From a candidate division FCPU426 bacterium (GTDB lineage: Bacteria; Oederibacteriota; Muellerivitia; Muellerivitales; Muellerivitaceae), in contig CAWKAR010000026.1 of the NCBI GenBank assembly GCA_963847625.1, positions 1 to 64,000 of the forward strand: a stretch of DNA of 64,000 nucleotides, in the 5' to 3' direction. Positions within the stretch are counted from its first letter, which is position 1. Each line of letters starts with the position of its first letter. Below, in pieces: positions 20,662 to 31,344 of this stretch. The position numbers were made by a program, and so were the translations under genes. The notes below the pieces were generated by a model. It did no database searches, had not been told where the DNA came from, and was given only the letters and a program-made list of their open reading frames with translations.

Positions 20662-21949
20662 GGCAATCCTCCACGCGATCGGAACGATAAACCATTTCTT
20701 CCTTTCCCAGGAAAACAGTATCGCCCTCTCTTACCCCCATTTTTTTAAGCGCCTTGATAATACCCATACGGCCCAGGATTTTATGGAACCTTTCGACCGC
20801 GTCCGGATTTTCAAAATTCGTCATGGAAACCCATTTCTCCACTTCTTTCCCCGAAACCCGGTAAGTGCCGCCAGTGCTTTTTATTATAAATCTGGGCTCC
20901 GTCCGGTAAAGGATTTCTCGCGGGCGCTCTTCACCAGTGGACGGCTTTGCCGGGGCAAGTTCCAATCGGTTCCAGGCCTCCTCCAGCAATTCCCTCAAAC
21001 CTTCCCCGGAAACTGAAGAAATCACGAAGGCGCAGGTTCCCTTTTGGCCAAGCATTTTCACCCACGAATTCAATGTTTCCCGGTTGGAAATGGCATCCGC
21101 TTTGGTCAGAGCTATGATCTGGGGGATTTTTTTAAACTTCACGCTGTGCCGATATAATTCCCGGTTGATGGTTTTGACACTCTTCACAAGCTCGGAAAAG
21201 CCGCTTAAAGTCGCCGCATCGATCAGGTGGATCAGGACCTTGGTTCTTTCCAAATGCTTCAGGAACCGGATCCCGAGCCCTTTTCCCTGACTCGCGCCCT
21301 CGATCAGTCCCGGAACATCCGCGAGCACGAAGCTCCGATCCCCGGGCAAAAAAGCCACCCCCAATTGGGGTTCCAAGGTGGTGAAAGGATAATCGGCAAT
21401 TTTAGGACGGGCCTTTGTCAAGCGGGAGAGGAGGGTAGATTTTCCCGCATTGGGAAATCCCACTATCCCCACGTCTGCTAAAAGTTTCAATTCCAGCCGA
21501 AGGTCTATTTTCTCGCCCGGCTCACCCTTTTCGGCCAGACGGGGTGCGTGAGAAGTAGATGTCGCAAAAGTGGTGTTGCCGCGGCCGCCTCTACCGCCTT
21601 TGGCCGCCAGGATCCTCAACCCGTCCAGATTCATGTCAGCCAAAAGTGTATGATCCGGGGTCCAAACCATCGTTCCCACCGGCACCCGGATGACGATCGG
21701 GTCCGCGTCCCTTCCATGCTTGTTCTTGCCCTTTCCATGCTCCCCATGGCGGGCCCGGTACAAGGGACGGTAAAGGAAATCCACCAAGGTCCGGACATCG
21801 TTCCGGGATTCCAAATAGATATCACCGCCCCGGCCGCCGTTCCCCCCGTCCGGCCCACCCCTGGGTATGTATTTTTCGCGGCGAAAGCTGAGGCAACCGT
21901 TGCCTCCCGCGCCGGCTTCGAGGGATATTGTGACTTCATCGACGATCAT
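20651..21949 (-). CDS. obgE: Obg family GTPase with C-terminal extension
   Basis: Start MIVDEV at 21949; GGPDGGNGG, GFPNAGKST, DYPFTTL. Confidence 0.97.
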   Translation of the reverse strand: MIVDEVTISLEAGAGGNGCLSFRREKYIPRGGPDGGNGGRGGDIYLESRNDVRTLVDFLYRPLYRARHGEHGKGKNKHGRDADPIVIRVPVGTMVWTPDHTLLADMNLDGLRILAAKGGRGGRGNTTFATSTSHAPRLAEKGEPGEKIDLRLELKLLADVGIVGFPNAGKSTLLSRLTKARPKIADYPFTTLEPQLGVAFLPGDRSFVLADVPGLIEGASQGKGLGIRFLKHLERTKVLIHLIDAATLSGFSELVKSVKTINRELYRHSVKFKKIPQIIALTKADAISNRETLNSWVKMLGQKGTCAFVISSVSGEGLRELLEEAWNRLELAPAKPSTGEERPREILYRTEPRFIIKSTGGTYRVSGKEVEKWVSMTNFENPDAVERFHKILGRMGIIKALKKMGVREGDTVFLGKEEMVYRSDRVEDCHGK

Positions 21950-21979
21950 AGGATTTATAACCCGATTCAGTGAGGCCTG

Positions 21980-22013
21980 AAAACAAAAAAACCCCGCCTC
22001 GGGCGGGGTTTTC
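21980..22013 (-). terminator. Intrinsic terminator between rpmA and obgE
   Basis: AAAACCCCGCC-CGA-GGCGGGGTTTTTTTG hairpin with U-tract. Confidence 0.75.
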
Positions 22014-22034
22014 AAATTAAGGTTTATTGGAAAT

Positions 22035-22295
22035 TCAGATTTTCACCGGCTCGATGCTGATTTGTTTTTTCCCTTTTTTGAACTCACGGAAAGTCACTAA
22101 ACCGGAAACCTTCGCAAAAAGGGTGTCATCGGTTCCCACGCCGACGTTAAAACCGGGTTTGTATCTCAATCCCCTTTGACGCATTAAGATGCTTCCCGCG
22201 GTCACGTAATTGCCCCCATAAGCCTTGAGGCCCAGCCTTTGGCTGTTACTGTCCCTGCCGTTCCGGGAGGACCCTCCCGCTTTATGCTGACCCAT
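22035..22295 (-). CDS. rpmA: 50S ribosomal protein L27
   Basis: [10 protein letters not shown]...RQRG...DDTLFA. Confidence 0.98.
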   Translation of the reverse strand: MGQHKAGGSSRNGRDSNSQRLGLKAYGGNYVTAGSILMRQRGLRYKPGFNVGVGTDDTLFAKVSGLVTFREFKKGKKQISIEPVKI

Positions 22296-22309
22296 TTCTA
22301 ACCTCCCTG

Positions 22310-22624
22310 TTAACCCGCAATGATTTTTTCGATGGAAACCGAAGTGAATTTCGGCCGGGACCCTTTGGTCTTCATGGTGTTTTTCCGGCGTTTGTACCTG
22401 AAAACCCGGATTTTTTTGCCCTTCTTTTCCCCGAGGATTTTACCAGTCACCTTGGCTTTAGCGACATCCTCGCGTTTGGCTAAAAGCTGTCCGTTGTCCA
22501 CCTGAAGGCCGACGAGCTTGAATTCCACCGGGTCGCCGGGATTGCCTTTTAACCGGTTGATCTGGATGACATCCCCCTCGGAAACTCGGTACTGTTTCCC
22601 GCCTGCTTTTATCACCGCGTACAT
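22310..22624 (-). CDS. rplU: 50S ribosomal protein L21
   Basis: [21 protein letters not shown]. Confidence 0.98.
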   Translation of the reverse strand: MYAVIKAGGKQYRVSEGDVIQINRLKGNPGDPVEFKLVGLQVDNGQLLAKREDVAKAKVTGKILGEKKGKKIRVFRYKRRKNTMKTKGSRPKFTSVSIEKIIAG

Positions 22625-22734
22625 GGTTTCTCCCTGAAAAAGTGCTCAAGACCCGCCTGGAGGGCCCGAAAGAGGTAAAAGTCTATTCAGGCGGCCTGGG
22701 CTTGTCAAGCTAAAGCGCCCCTGTTGGCGACCCC

Positions 22735-23667
22735 TCAGTACCAAAAAAGCAATCCGAATAGATATGAACTGGCAATGAAATCAGAACTGATTTGCGACGG
22801 CCTCCAGGCAAACCCGAGCTCATATTCAAGTCTGCCGAGGTTATAACGCAGCCCAGCGCCCAATGATAGACCGCCTTGCAAATTGCCCTGCTCGGTCAAA
22901 TGGTACCCAGCCCGAAGGGCCAAAATGCTCCGGTGCCAGTATTCGACCCCCATGGATGCCTGGTTCCCTTGATCCCGGACATTCAGTCCCTCGGCGCTGA
23001 CCAGCAGGGTGGAAGCAGGTGATACCAGCAGGGGCCGGGATAAGGCGACGCGAAAGGTCAATGGCAAGGGATCCTGGGACTGGGAGTTGGGCTGAAATTG
23101 GACGGCCGGCCCGATATTTTGTACGACCGCGGCAAAGTCCGTTTCCAAAACCTGGATTTTAATCCCGACATCAATAGCCTGGGAAAAGGCCTGTTTGTCC
23201 CCCAGGGTGGAATAAATGACTTTAAAAGCACCACCTAGGGAAAGTTTCCCGAATTGCTGCGCATCCGCGACCGTCAGGACAAAATCAGACGCGTTCACCG
23301 GAGGGTCCGTTGCGAGCGTGTTCTGGATGGTCGGCATATGGCGGTAAATGAGCTGGCCACCAATATTGCCGTATTTCTGGGTCGGCACCGCCACACTGAT
23401 CGATTCGGTCTCGACCCCCGCATATCCCTCAACGTGGTCCAAACCCAGGTTGTATTTGGAGATCCGGGCCAGTCCTGCCGGATTGTAACCAATCACATAA
23501 ACATCATCCCCGAAAGCCGAATAGGTCCCCCCCAAGGCGGCAGGGCGCACTCCCACCGGAACGGTCAAAAGGTCCGCTCCGCTGGTTCCGGGATCGGCGG
23601 CACCGCAAAATGCAGGCACAAAAAAAATCAATAATGTTGTAAATAACAGGATGACATGTTTCACCAT
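22735..23667 (-). CDS. Stand-alone PorV/PorQ-family beta-barrel
   Basis: VPVGVRPAALGG...YNPAGLA; EYW...LALRAGY; aromatic C-terminus. Confidence 0.85.
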   Translation of the reverse strand: MVKHVILLFTTLLIFFVPAFCGAADPGTSGADLLTVPVGVRPAALGGTYSAFGDDVYVIGYNPAGLARISKYNLGLDHVEGYAGVETESISVAVPTQKYGNIGGQLIYRHMPTIQNTLATDPPVNASDFVLTVADAQQFGKLSLGGAFKVIYSTLGDKQAFSQAIDVGIKIQVLETDFAAVVQNIGPAVQFQPNSQSQDPLPLTFRVALSRPLLVSPASTLLVSAEGLNVRDQGNQASMGVEYWHRSILALRAGYHLTEQGNLQGGLSLGAGLRYNLGRLEYELGFAWRPSQISSDFIASSYLFGLLFWY

Positions 23668-23862
23668 TTCAAACTATCACCCTCTCTTTTAGCAATCAAG
23701 ATAACACCGCCAAGCGTTCTCAAATCCATCACCCGCGAAATGAAATCCCTTACATTTTTATATTTTTACCCCGATTCAATGCTTTTATTAATCTGGTTGG
23801 ACGGTTTTTCCCACCGGTATGGCCGGGGTTACCCCTCGGATTCTCGCTCATCCCCTTAAAAT

Positions 23863-23899
23863 AAAAAAACCCGAAGGTTCCTTTCGGAACCCCTGGGTT
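23863..23899 (-). terminator. Terminator after tRNA-Gly
   Basis: AACCC...GGTTCC-GAAA-GGAACC...GGGTTTTTTT hairpin. Confidence 0.7.
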
Positions 23900-23903
23900 C
23901 ATT

Positions 23904-23978
<75 letters not shown>

Positions 23979-24013
23979 TTAAAAATTCCGATCCTTCATT
24001 GCTGAATGGATAC

Positions 24014-25873
24014 TCAATTGCGGCTCAACTTCTCGATGGATTGAAGTTTGACCATGGCCTTCTTAATATTATTCTGCGCATTGATATCTTCAGGGTCCTG
24101 CCTCAGGCATTCCTTCCATTTTTCAATGGCCTCGTGGATTTTCCCATTGATATAAAGGTTGACCCCATCGTAGTAAAGGTTTTTGATTTTTTCCGCGTCA
24201 ACTTTCTGCTGGGATTGCTGGCCCGTCATCCTCTTGACATAATCGTTGGCCTTAACGTTGTTGGGGTCGAGCTCCAACACCTGTTGAAATTTTACCTGCG
24301 CCTGGTCCTTGCTGCCGTTTTCCATGAGGGAAACCCCTTCCTCCATGAGTCCATTGACTTTATTGCGGATTTCGGTCCTCACCAGGAACAAGGTTTCACG
24401 GACTTTCGTGTTGGAGGGATCGATGCCGGAAGCGATTTGCAATGATTTTAACGCGCTTTGGAGTTGGCCGCTGCTCACGCTTTTTTGACCCTGTTTGTAA
24501 TACTTTTCAAACTCGGTTTTCTGGTCTTGTTTGACGCCGTTCAAGCGTTGCCTCACCACAGTGTTCTTGGAGCCGATTTTGCTCGCCTTTTGGTATTTTT
24601 GGAGAGCTCCTGAATAATCCTTTTCCAGCCTTAACTCATCCCCTTCCTCCAGCAAGGCTTTGACCTGGTCCTTCGTCTTCGACTTGATTTTTTGGACCGC
24701 CCCAAGGGCCTTGGCGTTGTTGGGATCCATGACCAGGACGGTGTTCCACTCAGTCAGAGCTTTAAGGGTATTGCCTTTTTGGGAATAAGCTCTTCCCGCC
24801 GCGTAATGTTTCTGCACCTCGGTCTCGAGTTTTCCTCGCGCGTCCGTGATGAAATCTTGGGCTTGTTTGTTATTCGGCTGGTACTTGAGTACCGCCTGCC
24901 ATTCCGAAATGGCCTCAGTGTATTGATTGTTCAGCAAATAATTGCTGGCCTTCTCCATATTGGCGTTGATGGCGGCATCGATGGCATTTCCCCGGCCAAC
25001 CGCCGCGTCCGAATCCTTTGGGTTGATTTTAAAAGCCTCCCCAAAAGCACCGGCGGCTTCATCGTACAGTCCGTTGTCGTAATAAGCGACCGCCAGGTTG
25101 TAAAAAGTTTCAGAATCATCAGGGTTCATTTTTTTTGATTTTTCATAATTCTGGATGGCTTCGGGGAATTTCCCAAGGTTGTAATAGGAAAAACCGAGGA
25201 ATTTGTAAATTCTGGCGTCTTTTTTTATTTTCAAGGCCGAGTTCCAGGCCGTAACAGCGTGGGCGTAATCCTTCATCTGGAAATAAGCAACCCCAAGGTT
25301 TTGAAACGCCCCGAAATTTCCGCGGTCAACCGCGAGGACCCGTTTCAACGCTTCCACGGCCTTGGGGTAATTTTTCTGGTCCATGTAAATCTTGGACAAA
25401 TCCTCGTTCGCGTTCGCCTGGACTTCCCGATCGTCCGGGAAGGCAGCCAAATATTTTTTAAGGGCCGCCTCAGCGTTCTCGTATTGGTTCAATTGGATAT
25501 AGGCTTTTCCCAATAACAGATTCGCGTTCGGATTGATGGGATTAAGCTTTAAAACGGCGTTCAAATGATTTACGGCATCGGCATATTTTTTCCCTAGATA
25601 GGCCGATATCCCTTCGGAGCTTTCCAAGAGTTCCTTGGCTTGCTGGTCCTTCGGGTTGAGTTGGAGGTATTTTTGGAACTCGGGGATAGCCAGGTCGTAT
25701 TGGGAAGCCTTGAAATAAGCGACACCCAAATTGAAATGGGGCGTCGGGGCGTTGGGATTCGCCTTGACCGCCTCCTGCTGGGCCTGGATCAACGCATCAT
25801 CTGACGCTAGGGATATTCCTGTTAAACCGGCGGCAATCCACAAAAAAATCCCTATGCACGTGAATATTTTCAT
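24014..25873 (-). CDS. Periplasmic multi-TPR protein
   Basis: Signal peptide from MKIFT; many TPRs (HFNLGVAYF, QNLGVAYF, YNLAVAYY). Confidence 0.85.
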   Translation of the reverse strand: MKIFTCIGIFLWIAAGLTGISLASDDALIQAQQEAVKANPNAPTPHFNLGVAYFKASQYDLAIPEFQKYLQLNPKDQQAKELLESSEGISAYLGKKYADAVNHLNAVLKLNPINPNANLLLGKAYIQLNQYENAEAALKKYLAAFPDDREVQANANEDLSKIYMDQKNYPKAVEALKRVLAVDRGNFGAFQNLGVAYFQMKDYAHAVTAWNSALKIKKDARIYKFLGFSYYNLGKFPEAIQNYEKSKKMNPDDSETFYNLAVAYYDNGLYDEAAGAFGEAFKINPKDSDAAVGRGNAIDAAINANMEKASNYLLNNQYTEAISEWQAVLKYQPNNKQAQDFITDARGKLETEVQKHYAAGRAYSQKGNTLKALTEWNTVLVMDPNNAKALGAVQKIKSKTKDQVKALLEEGDELRLEKDYSGALQKYQKASKIGSKNTVVRQRLNGVKQDQKTEFEKYYKQGQKSVSSGQLQSALKSLQIASGIDPSNTKVRETLFLVRTEIRNKVNGLMEEGVSLMENGSKDQAQVKFQQVLELDPNNVKANDYVKRMTGQQSQQKVDAEKIKNLYYDGVNLYINGKIHEAIEKWKECLRQDPEDINAQNNIKKAMVKLQSIEKLSRN

Positions 25874-25896
25874 GGGTTCCTCGAAACAGAAATGGC

Positions 25897-27108
25897 TCAA
25901 AGACCGTTGTTCGCCACGTCCAATACCAAAAGCTCGTCCACTTTTTTCCCGTTTTTCCCTATTTGGCGGCAGCGAATCATGGTTCCATCAATGGACCAAG
26001 CCAGTTCGGCAGTATAGTCAAGCTGTTGAATCGTTTTCAACCAGGTTTTATTTGTCCCGTTTGAATTAATGAGCCAAACCTTGCCTGCGTAAACGTACGC
26101 GATCTTGTTTCCGGCGGGATGATAAACCGGGTGAATCCCCAAGGAGTCACTTTTCGTGAAAAAAAGTGTTTGGGTGGCCATGGTCTTAACATTGGTTTTC
26201 TCCAATTTCCGCAAACCCCGGATGGATTGCCGGTAAACCAGTTCCTGGTTATCCTGGGACCAGCAGGGCAATTCCGCTCCGAAGGTTAAGGGGATTAGCG
26301 CAAAGACGACGTTGTCGGTTTTTCCCTTGATTCTTCCAAGGTAAAGATATTTGACCCGGCTGGGGGTCATGCGTCGTGAAACGAGAAGAGATCCATCGGG
26401 CGATAAAACCCCTTTCGGGTTGGGGAGCAAATCCGGCAGGAAGTCGGTTTCATAGCTCTTGTTGAAAGGAATTTCATTTTTCAACGTGATGAGAACCGCG
26501 TCATCAGCAGCGATATTGACCGCACGGCGGGCCCGGTCGATGAGGGATTCCACCTTGGCCCTGCGGTCCGGGGAGATCATGGCTGAAGGATAGGCCTGGA
26601 AAATCGCCTGGGCCTGGTCTTGGGCGCCTTTGTAATTTTTAGAGGAGTATAAGGCCGTTGCCGTTTGATATTGGGAGTCGACTAAAAACTGGATGGCGTC
26701 GTGGATTTGCGAATTGTCCAGAAAGAGTTTCAGGGCTTTCTGGTCGTAATCCGTCGCCTTGGTTGGGTTTTTCAGCTTGTCCTGGTAGAGGTTGGCCATA
26801 TCCAGCAGAGCATGAAGCGCTTCGTCGGAATCCGGATAATCGCTTACGACTTTCTCGAATTCGTCCAGGGCAATGTCGTATTCGGAAAGAGCTACGTAAT
26901 TTTTGGCGATCCGGTAATGAATCAGTGCCGCCAAATCCGTGGAGGAATTTCCCTTTAAATAATCCTGGTAAGCGTGAATCGCCTGCCGGTTCATCCCCGA
27001 ACGATCCATTTGGGAAGCCGATTCGAATGAGCTTCCGAAATACTTGCAACCCCCAAGCCCTAAAGAAGCTATTCCCAGTATCAGGATAAAGAAATTAAGT
27101 TTGGGCAA
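25897..27108 (-). CDS. Lipoprotein with TPR (BamD/CpoB-like) and TolB/PD40-like beta-propeller repeats
   Basis: Lipobox LGGC; FEKVVSDYPDS TPR; SPDGSLL, WSQDNQ, PAGNKIAY, WSIDG repeats. Confidence 0.75.
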   Translation of the reverse strand: MPKLNFFILILGIASLGLGGCKYFGSSFESASQMDRSGMNRQAIHAYQDYLKGNSSTDLAALIHYRIAKNYVALSEYDIALDEFEKVVSDYPDSDEALHALLDMANLYQDKLKNPTKATDYDQKALKLFLDNSQIHDAIQFLVDSQYQTATALYSSKNYKGAQDQAQAIFQAYPSAMISPDRRAKVESLIDRARRAVNIAADDAVLITLKNEIPFNKSYETDFLPDLLPNPKGVLSPDGSLLVSRRMTPSRVKYLYLGRIKGKTDNVVFALIPLTFGAELPCWSQDNQELVYRQSIRGLRKLEKTNVKTMATQTLFFTKSDSLGIHPVYHPAGNKIAYVYAGKVWLINSNGTNKTWLKTIQQLDYTAELAWSIDGTMIRCRQIGKNGKKVDELLVLDVANNGL

Positions 27109-27124
27109 TTTCGGACCTTTCCGC

Positions 27125-28876
27125 TTATTTGGTAATGATCACAATATCCACGCGCCGATTCTTGAAAACCGTCCATCCGGCGCCGGTAGCATCCAATGGA
27201 GCCGAGTCCCCGTGGCCCCGGGAATATAGATTATCGGGCGAAATTCCTCCCTTTTCCACCAGATATCGCAGGACTGTATCGGCACGGTTTTGGGATAATC
27301 GCAAAGCTTCGATTTCAGAGCCTTCCCCATAGGCGTGCCCCTCGACGTACACTTTCGAGTTCGGATACTTGCGGATCAGTTTGACGACTTGGTTCAAATA
27401 ATCGGGTCCTCCCGGGATTAAACGATCGCTTTTTTCGCTGAAGGGAAGACTAGGAATCTTAAGAACGCCGGGGGATCCCGTGGGCTTCAGGCCGGGTGAT
27501 AAAGTCGGCGCATTGTAGGCCGGAGCCTCGACCGGCGAAAAGGCGGATGCCGAGGGGAGGACTTGTTGGTTTGAGACATGGGCCGATTTGAAGATGGATT
27601 CGCTGGCCATCGACCGCCGGCCCTGGATATCCTCCGTGCGGAAATGGTAATCGGCGTAAATGCCGCCCGCCACGGTGTTTCCAAAATTGTCTTTTCCGTC
27701 CCACGCAATTTGTTTCGGAGGCACACCTTTTCCGCTGTAGGACCGGATGATGTTTCCCCGGGGATCGGTGATGTCCAGGATCCAATTCTTGATATCCGTC
27801 CTTGCCGTGGGTTTCAACTCGAAGGTCGCTTGTTTCAAGGAGCCGGTTTTCAAGTCCTCAAACTGGGGTTGCACCTCTACAGACTGTTCCGTTTTTATAA
27901 AAGCAGCGTTTTTCTGAGTCTCCGTTCCAAAACGGTAGGTGAGGGAAAATCTTTGGGTCTCCCCCAGGATGCCGAATGGGACATAAGCGTAATCAAACTC
28001 AATCCCGGCATAGCGTAGACCCGCCCCTAGAGAGGCGCCGGTCATTCCGCCCAAGTCTTGGTTGAAGGAATTAAAACTGTAACCAGCCCGAAGGGCCGCC
28101 GACAACGTTTTCGAACCGAACCAAAGCTCCCCTCCGGAATGAAGCACGGCGCCGTTGTCCATGGGTTTTTCCAAATCCAACCCAATCAGGAAATGTGTTG
28201 GTTTTTCCGGGTGGAACCGGTAAGCCAAACCGGCCCGGTAATCGAAAGGCAGCTTCTGCTGGGAGGCGTTTTGCGAGAAGGAGGATATTTGGCCCAGGTT
28301 TTGCGCCGATAAGCCGAACATCCAATCTTTTGAGGTCGTATAGAGCAAAACACCGGCATCCAGGGCTTCTCCGGACGCCGTATAAGTCACCAAATTGCTG
28401 TTGATGTACTTGGCCCCGATGCCGAAGGAGAAATGGCTTCCCAAAGACTGGCCGTAACCTAAGGCAACCGCCACGTCATTGGCGCTTCCAGGCGTGGCGG
28501 ATGGATTGTTCGTGGAATTAAAAGCAGGGACAAAATCCAGGAAAGTACTCAAGCCCAAAACACTCCCGGGTCTCACCGGCAGTGCTAAACCCGCGAACTC
28601 GTAATCGGTGCTTTGAAAATAAGACATATGGAGGAGGTTGATCTCGGCATATTCCAGTTGGGCCAAACCGGCGGTGTTCCAATAGGTCGTGCTGACGTCG
28701 TCAGCAACGGCCGTGAAAGCCCCTCCCATACCCGCCCCCCGGATGCCGGCCGGTATTTTCAAGAACTGGATACCGGTTGTACCAATGCTGTCCGGGTATG
28801 ATTTCGGGGGTAAAAGAAGGAATATTAAGCCAAGATAGCAGAAAAACCATGTATTTAAATGAGCTTTACGCAACAT
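27125..28876 (-). CDS. Fusion of PorV/PorQ barrel, FlgD-Ig-like domain and OmpA peptidoglycan-binding domain
   Basis: FLKIPAGIRGAGMGGAFTAVADD; WILDI...WDGKDNFG; VEGHA...LSQNRA...GHGDSAP...NRRVDI. Confidence 0.85.
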   Translation of the reverse strand: MLRKAHLNTWFFCYLGLIFLLLPPKSYPDSIGTTGIQFLKIPAGIRGAGMGGAFTAVADDVSTTYWNTAGLAQLEYAEINLLHMSYFQSTDYEFAGLALPVRPGSVLGLSTFLDFVPAFNSTNNPSATPGSANDVAVALGYGQSLGSHFSFGIGAKYINSNLVTYTASGEALDAGVLLYTTSKDWMFGLSAQNLGQISSFSQNASQQKLPFDYRAGLAYRFHPEKPTHFLIGLDLEKPMDNGAVLHSGGELWFGSKTLSAALRAGYSFNSFNQDLGGMTGASLGAGLRYAGIEFDYAYVPFGILGETQRFSLTYRFGTETQKNAAFIKTEQSVEVQPQFEDLKTGSLKQATFELKPTARTDIKNWILDITDPRGNIIRSYSGKGVPPKQIAWDGKDNFGNTVAGGIYADYHFRTEDIQGRRSMASESIFKSAHVSNQQVLPSASAFSPVEAPAYNAPTLSPGLKPTGSPGVLKIPSLPFSEKSDRLIPGGPDYLNQVVKLIRKYPNSKVYVEGHAYGEGSEIEALRLSQNRADTVLRYLVEKGGISPDNLYSRGHGDSAPLDATGAGWTVFKNRRVDIVIITK

Positions 28877-29254
28877 GGGGCCTTTGTTAGAAAGAAAAAG
28901 GTTTCAATAATTATATCATGTCAAAACCTCATCCTGTCAAAACAATCAACTCGATAGATTCGCAGTTTAAAAGCCATTTAGGAAGAAATAGGGGACCTTC
29001 GTTTTTTAAACGTGGCTGGCATCTCTAAAAGAATGGAAATTCCGCGGGAGGACTCAATTGAACTAAACGCATTGTTCCCGAGTTTTATAGGACGCCGTTT
29101 GAAGAGGTTATTCCATTTCAACCCAATCACACAAACATTGAAAAAACTTTCCCATAATGTTTGGCGGGCATTGTGGAAGAGACATAGCCTGATATAATGC
29201 GTGGGCTTTTGGTCCATTAGCAAAGCACCCAACTACTTTCGGAGGCATTTTTTT

Positions 29255-30706
29255 ATGATGCGTCAATTGAGGGATAAAAAAACCATGCAAGTGATTTTAT
29301 GGGGCCTGATCGCGGCTTTTGTGGTCGGATTTGTCTTTCTGGCTGGCGGAAGATGGATGATGAAAGAAGACACCCGTAATTTAGTCGCGCAAGTAGGTGA
29401 TAAGAACATCACTTACGCGGAATTCGACCAGGCCTACAAACCGGCATCGGAAAGGCTTTATAGCGCTAAAGATTCGGAACCCTCCTCCGAGGAAGTCGCC
29501 AGCCTGAAAAAACAGGTTTTGGAACATGTGATTGACAACACCATCCTGGAAAAGACCGCCAAGGATATGGGTATCAGCGTTTCCATTGAGGAAATCGCGG
29601 CTACCATCCAGAGGCAGTCCTATTTTAACGGCGATAACGGGAAATTCGATCGCACCCGCTATATCCAGGTGTTGCAAGCCAATCAAATTACGCCAGAGGA
29701 ATTCGAGGCAGCGCAAGGCCAGCAAATACTCCTGCAGAAAATCCACTCCATTCTCGACGACAGTATGCTTTATACCACCGATGACTTAACAGAATACAGT
29801 CAACTTTTGGGCCGGCAACTCAAGGCCCGCTACATCGTTTTGGTTGAAAAGAAGTTTGAAAAAGAAATCCCGATTAAGGATGCGGACCTCAATAATTATT
29901 ACGATAATCACCGGAACGAATATGACCATCCAGAACGCGCGAAAGCCCGGCACATCCTGATTGGGCTGCAAGGCGCGTCCCCCTTGGACGAGGAAAAAGC
30001 AAAAAAGGAATTGGAGGGGTTTCGCGAACAAATCCTGAAGGGAAAGTCAAAATTCGCAGAACTGGCGGCAAAATACTCACAAGATAGCGGTTCGAGAAAC
30101 TCCGGTGGAGAACTGGGATGGGTCCCCCGGGGCGCGGCGGTGAAGGAATTTGACGATGTCCTATTCAAGCTGAAAAAAGGTGAAATTTCCAAGCCTTTCA
30201 AGACACCTTATGGTTATCACATCGCCCAAATGGAGGATTACGAAAAGGAGTACACGAGCAAATTCGCGGAAGTCCGGATGAAAGTTTCGGAAAAGTACCG
30301 GATGGAAAAAACTATGGAAAAAATCCTGGCGATTTCGGAAAAATTATCGGAAAAACTCAATCACGAAGGAATCGATAAGGCGGGTAAAGAATTGGGTTTA
30401 GCCGTTCAAACCACATCCTGGTTTGACCGTCATTCGGGAATACCCCGGCTCAAGGATTCCAAAAACGCGGCCGATTCCCTGGCGAGTCTTTACTTGAACC
30501 AGTGGAAGGGCCCCTTAGCCATCGGGACCGATGAATACTTCTTCCAGATTGTTGATGTCAAAACGAACGGTCCATATTCCTCCCAAAACGCTGGAGACCT
30601 TGCGGACATCGCCAAACATTACCTTTCGGACCGGGAAGCAATTTGGATAAAGGATTTCCTGGAGTCGCAGCGAAAAAGCCTGAAGGTCAGGACTTTTTCC
30701 CTTTAA
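29255..30706 (+). CDS. ppiD: PpiD/SurA-like membrane-anchored peptidyl-prolyl isomerase
   Basis: N-terminal TM segment, SurA_N region, parvulin motifs ARHILI...SQDSGS...GGELGW...GYHI. Confidence 0.8.
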   Translation: MMRQLRDKKTMQVILWGLIAAFVVGFVFLAGGRWMMKEDTRNLVAQVGDKNITYAEFDQAYKPASERLYSAKDSEPSSEEVASLKKQVLEHVIDNTILEKTAKDMGISVSIEEIAATIQRQSYFNGDNGKFDRTRYIQVLQANQITPEEFEAAQGQQILLQKIHSILDDSMLYTTDDLTEYSQLLGRQLKARYIVLVEKKFEKEIPIKDADLNNYYDNHRNEYDHPERAKARHILIGLQGASPLDEEKAKKELEGFREQILKGKSKFAELAAKYSQDSGSRNSGGELGWVPRGAAVKEFDDVLFKLKKGEISKPFKTPYGYHIAQMEDYEKEYTSKFAEVRMKVSEKYRMEKTMEKILAISEKLSEKLNHEGIDKAGKELGLAVQTTSWFDRHSGIPRLKDSKNAADSLASLYLNQWKGPLAIGTDEYFFQIVDVKTNGPYSSQNAGDLADIAKHYLSDREAIWIKDFLESQRKSLKVRTFSL

Positions 30707-31297
30707 TCATAAGGGAAGCCCTGCGGTTTAACTCGCCCAGGAGCCATTCACTGGGAAGTCCCATCACGTTGAAATAATCCCCCTTGATCTCCCGGAGCCA
30801 AAAGCGGGCTGTTCCCTGGATATCGTAGGCCCCGGCTTTGTCATAAGGTTCGGACGATTCCAAGTACTTTTGGGCAGCGCGGGCGTCCGGTTTGTTGAAA
30901 ACCACGGTCGTTTTTTCCACATGGGTCCTTCGAATTTTCCCCCCTTCCCCACCAAGGCCACACCCGTTACCACCAGGTGGGACCGTCCCCATAGCCGTCC
31001 TAACATTCGAGCCGCTTCTCCCCGGTTTTTAGGTTTACCGAACCGTTTTTTTTTATCGGCAACGACCGTATCAGCGCCCAAAACCCATCGGTCCGGGAAT
31101 CGGGCCGAAACCGAAAGGGCTTTTTCCAGGGCAAGTCTTTTAACCAAATTTTCGGTGCCTTCCCCGGGGCGGGCGTTTTCACGAACACCATCCGGGGAAA
31201 TCATTTTGAAAGGGACGCCCCAAAATTCCAATATTTTCCTCCGTCGGGGGGATCCGGAGGCGAGCAGAATTGGGGGGAAAGTGCGGTTATTTTTCAT
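30687..31297 (-). pseudogene. maf: Maf nucleotide pyrophosphatase split by a -1 frameshift
   Basis: The N-half (LASGSPRR, GADTVV, GKP) and C-half (DKAGAYDIQG, GDYFNVMGLP) are in different frames; the junction is the G6A4 run at 30935-30944. Confidence 0.85.
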
Positions 31298-31344
31298 TTT
31301 GTATAAAAAAGGGAATCTTTCCTCAGATGACATTTAAACAAGTT

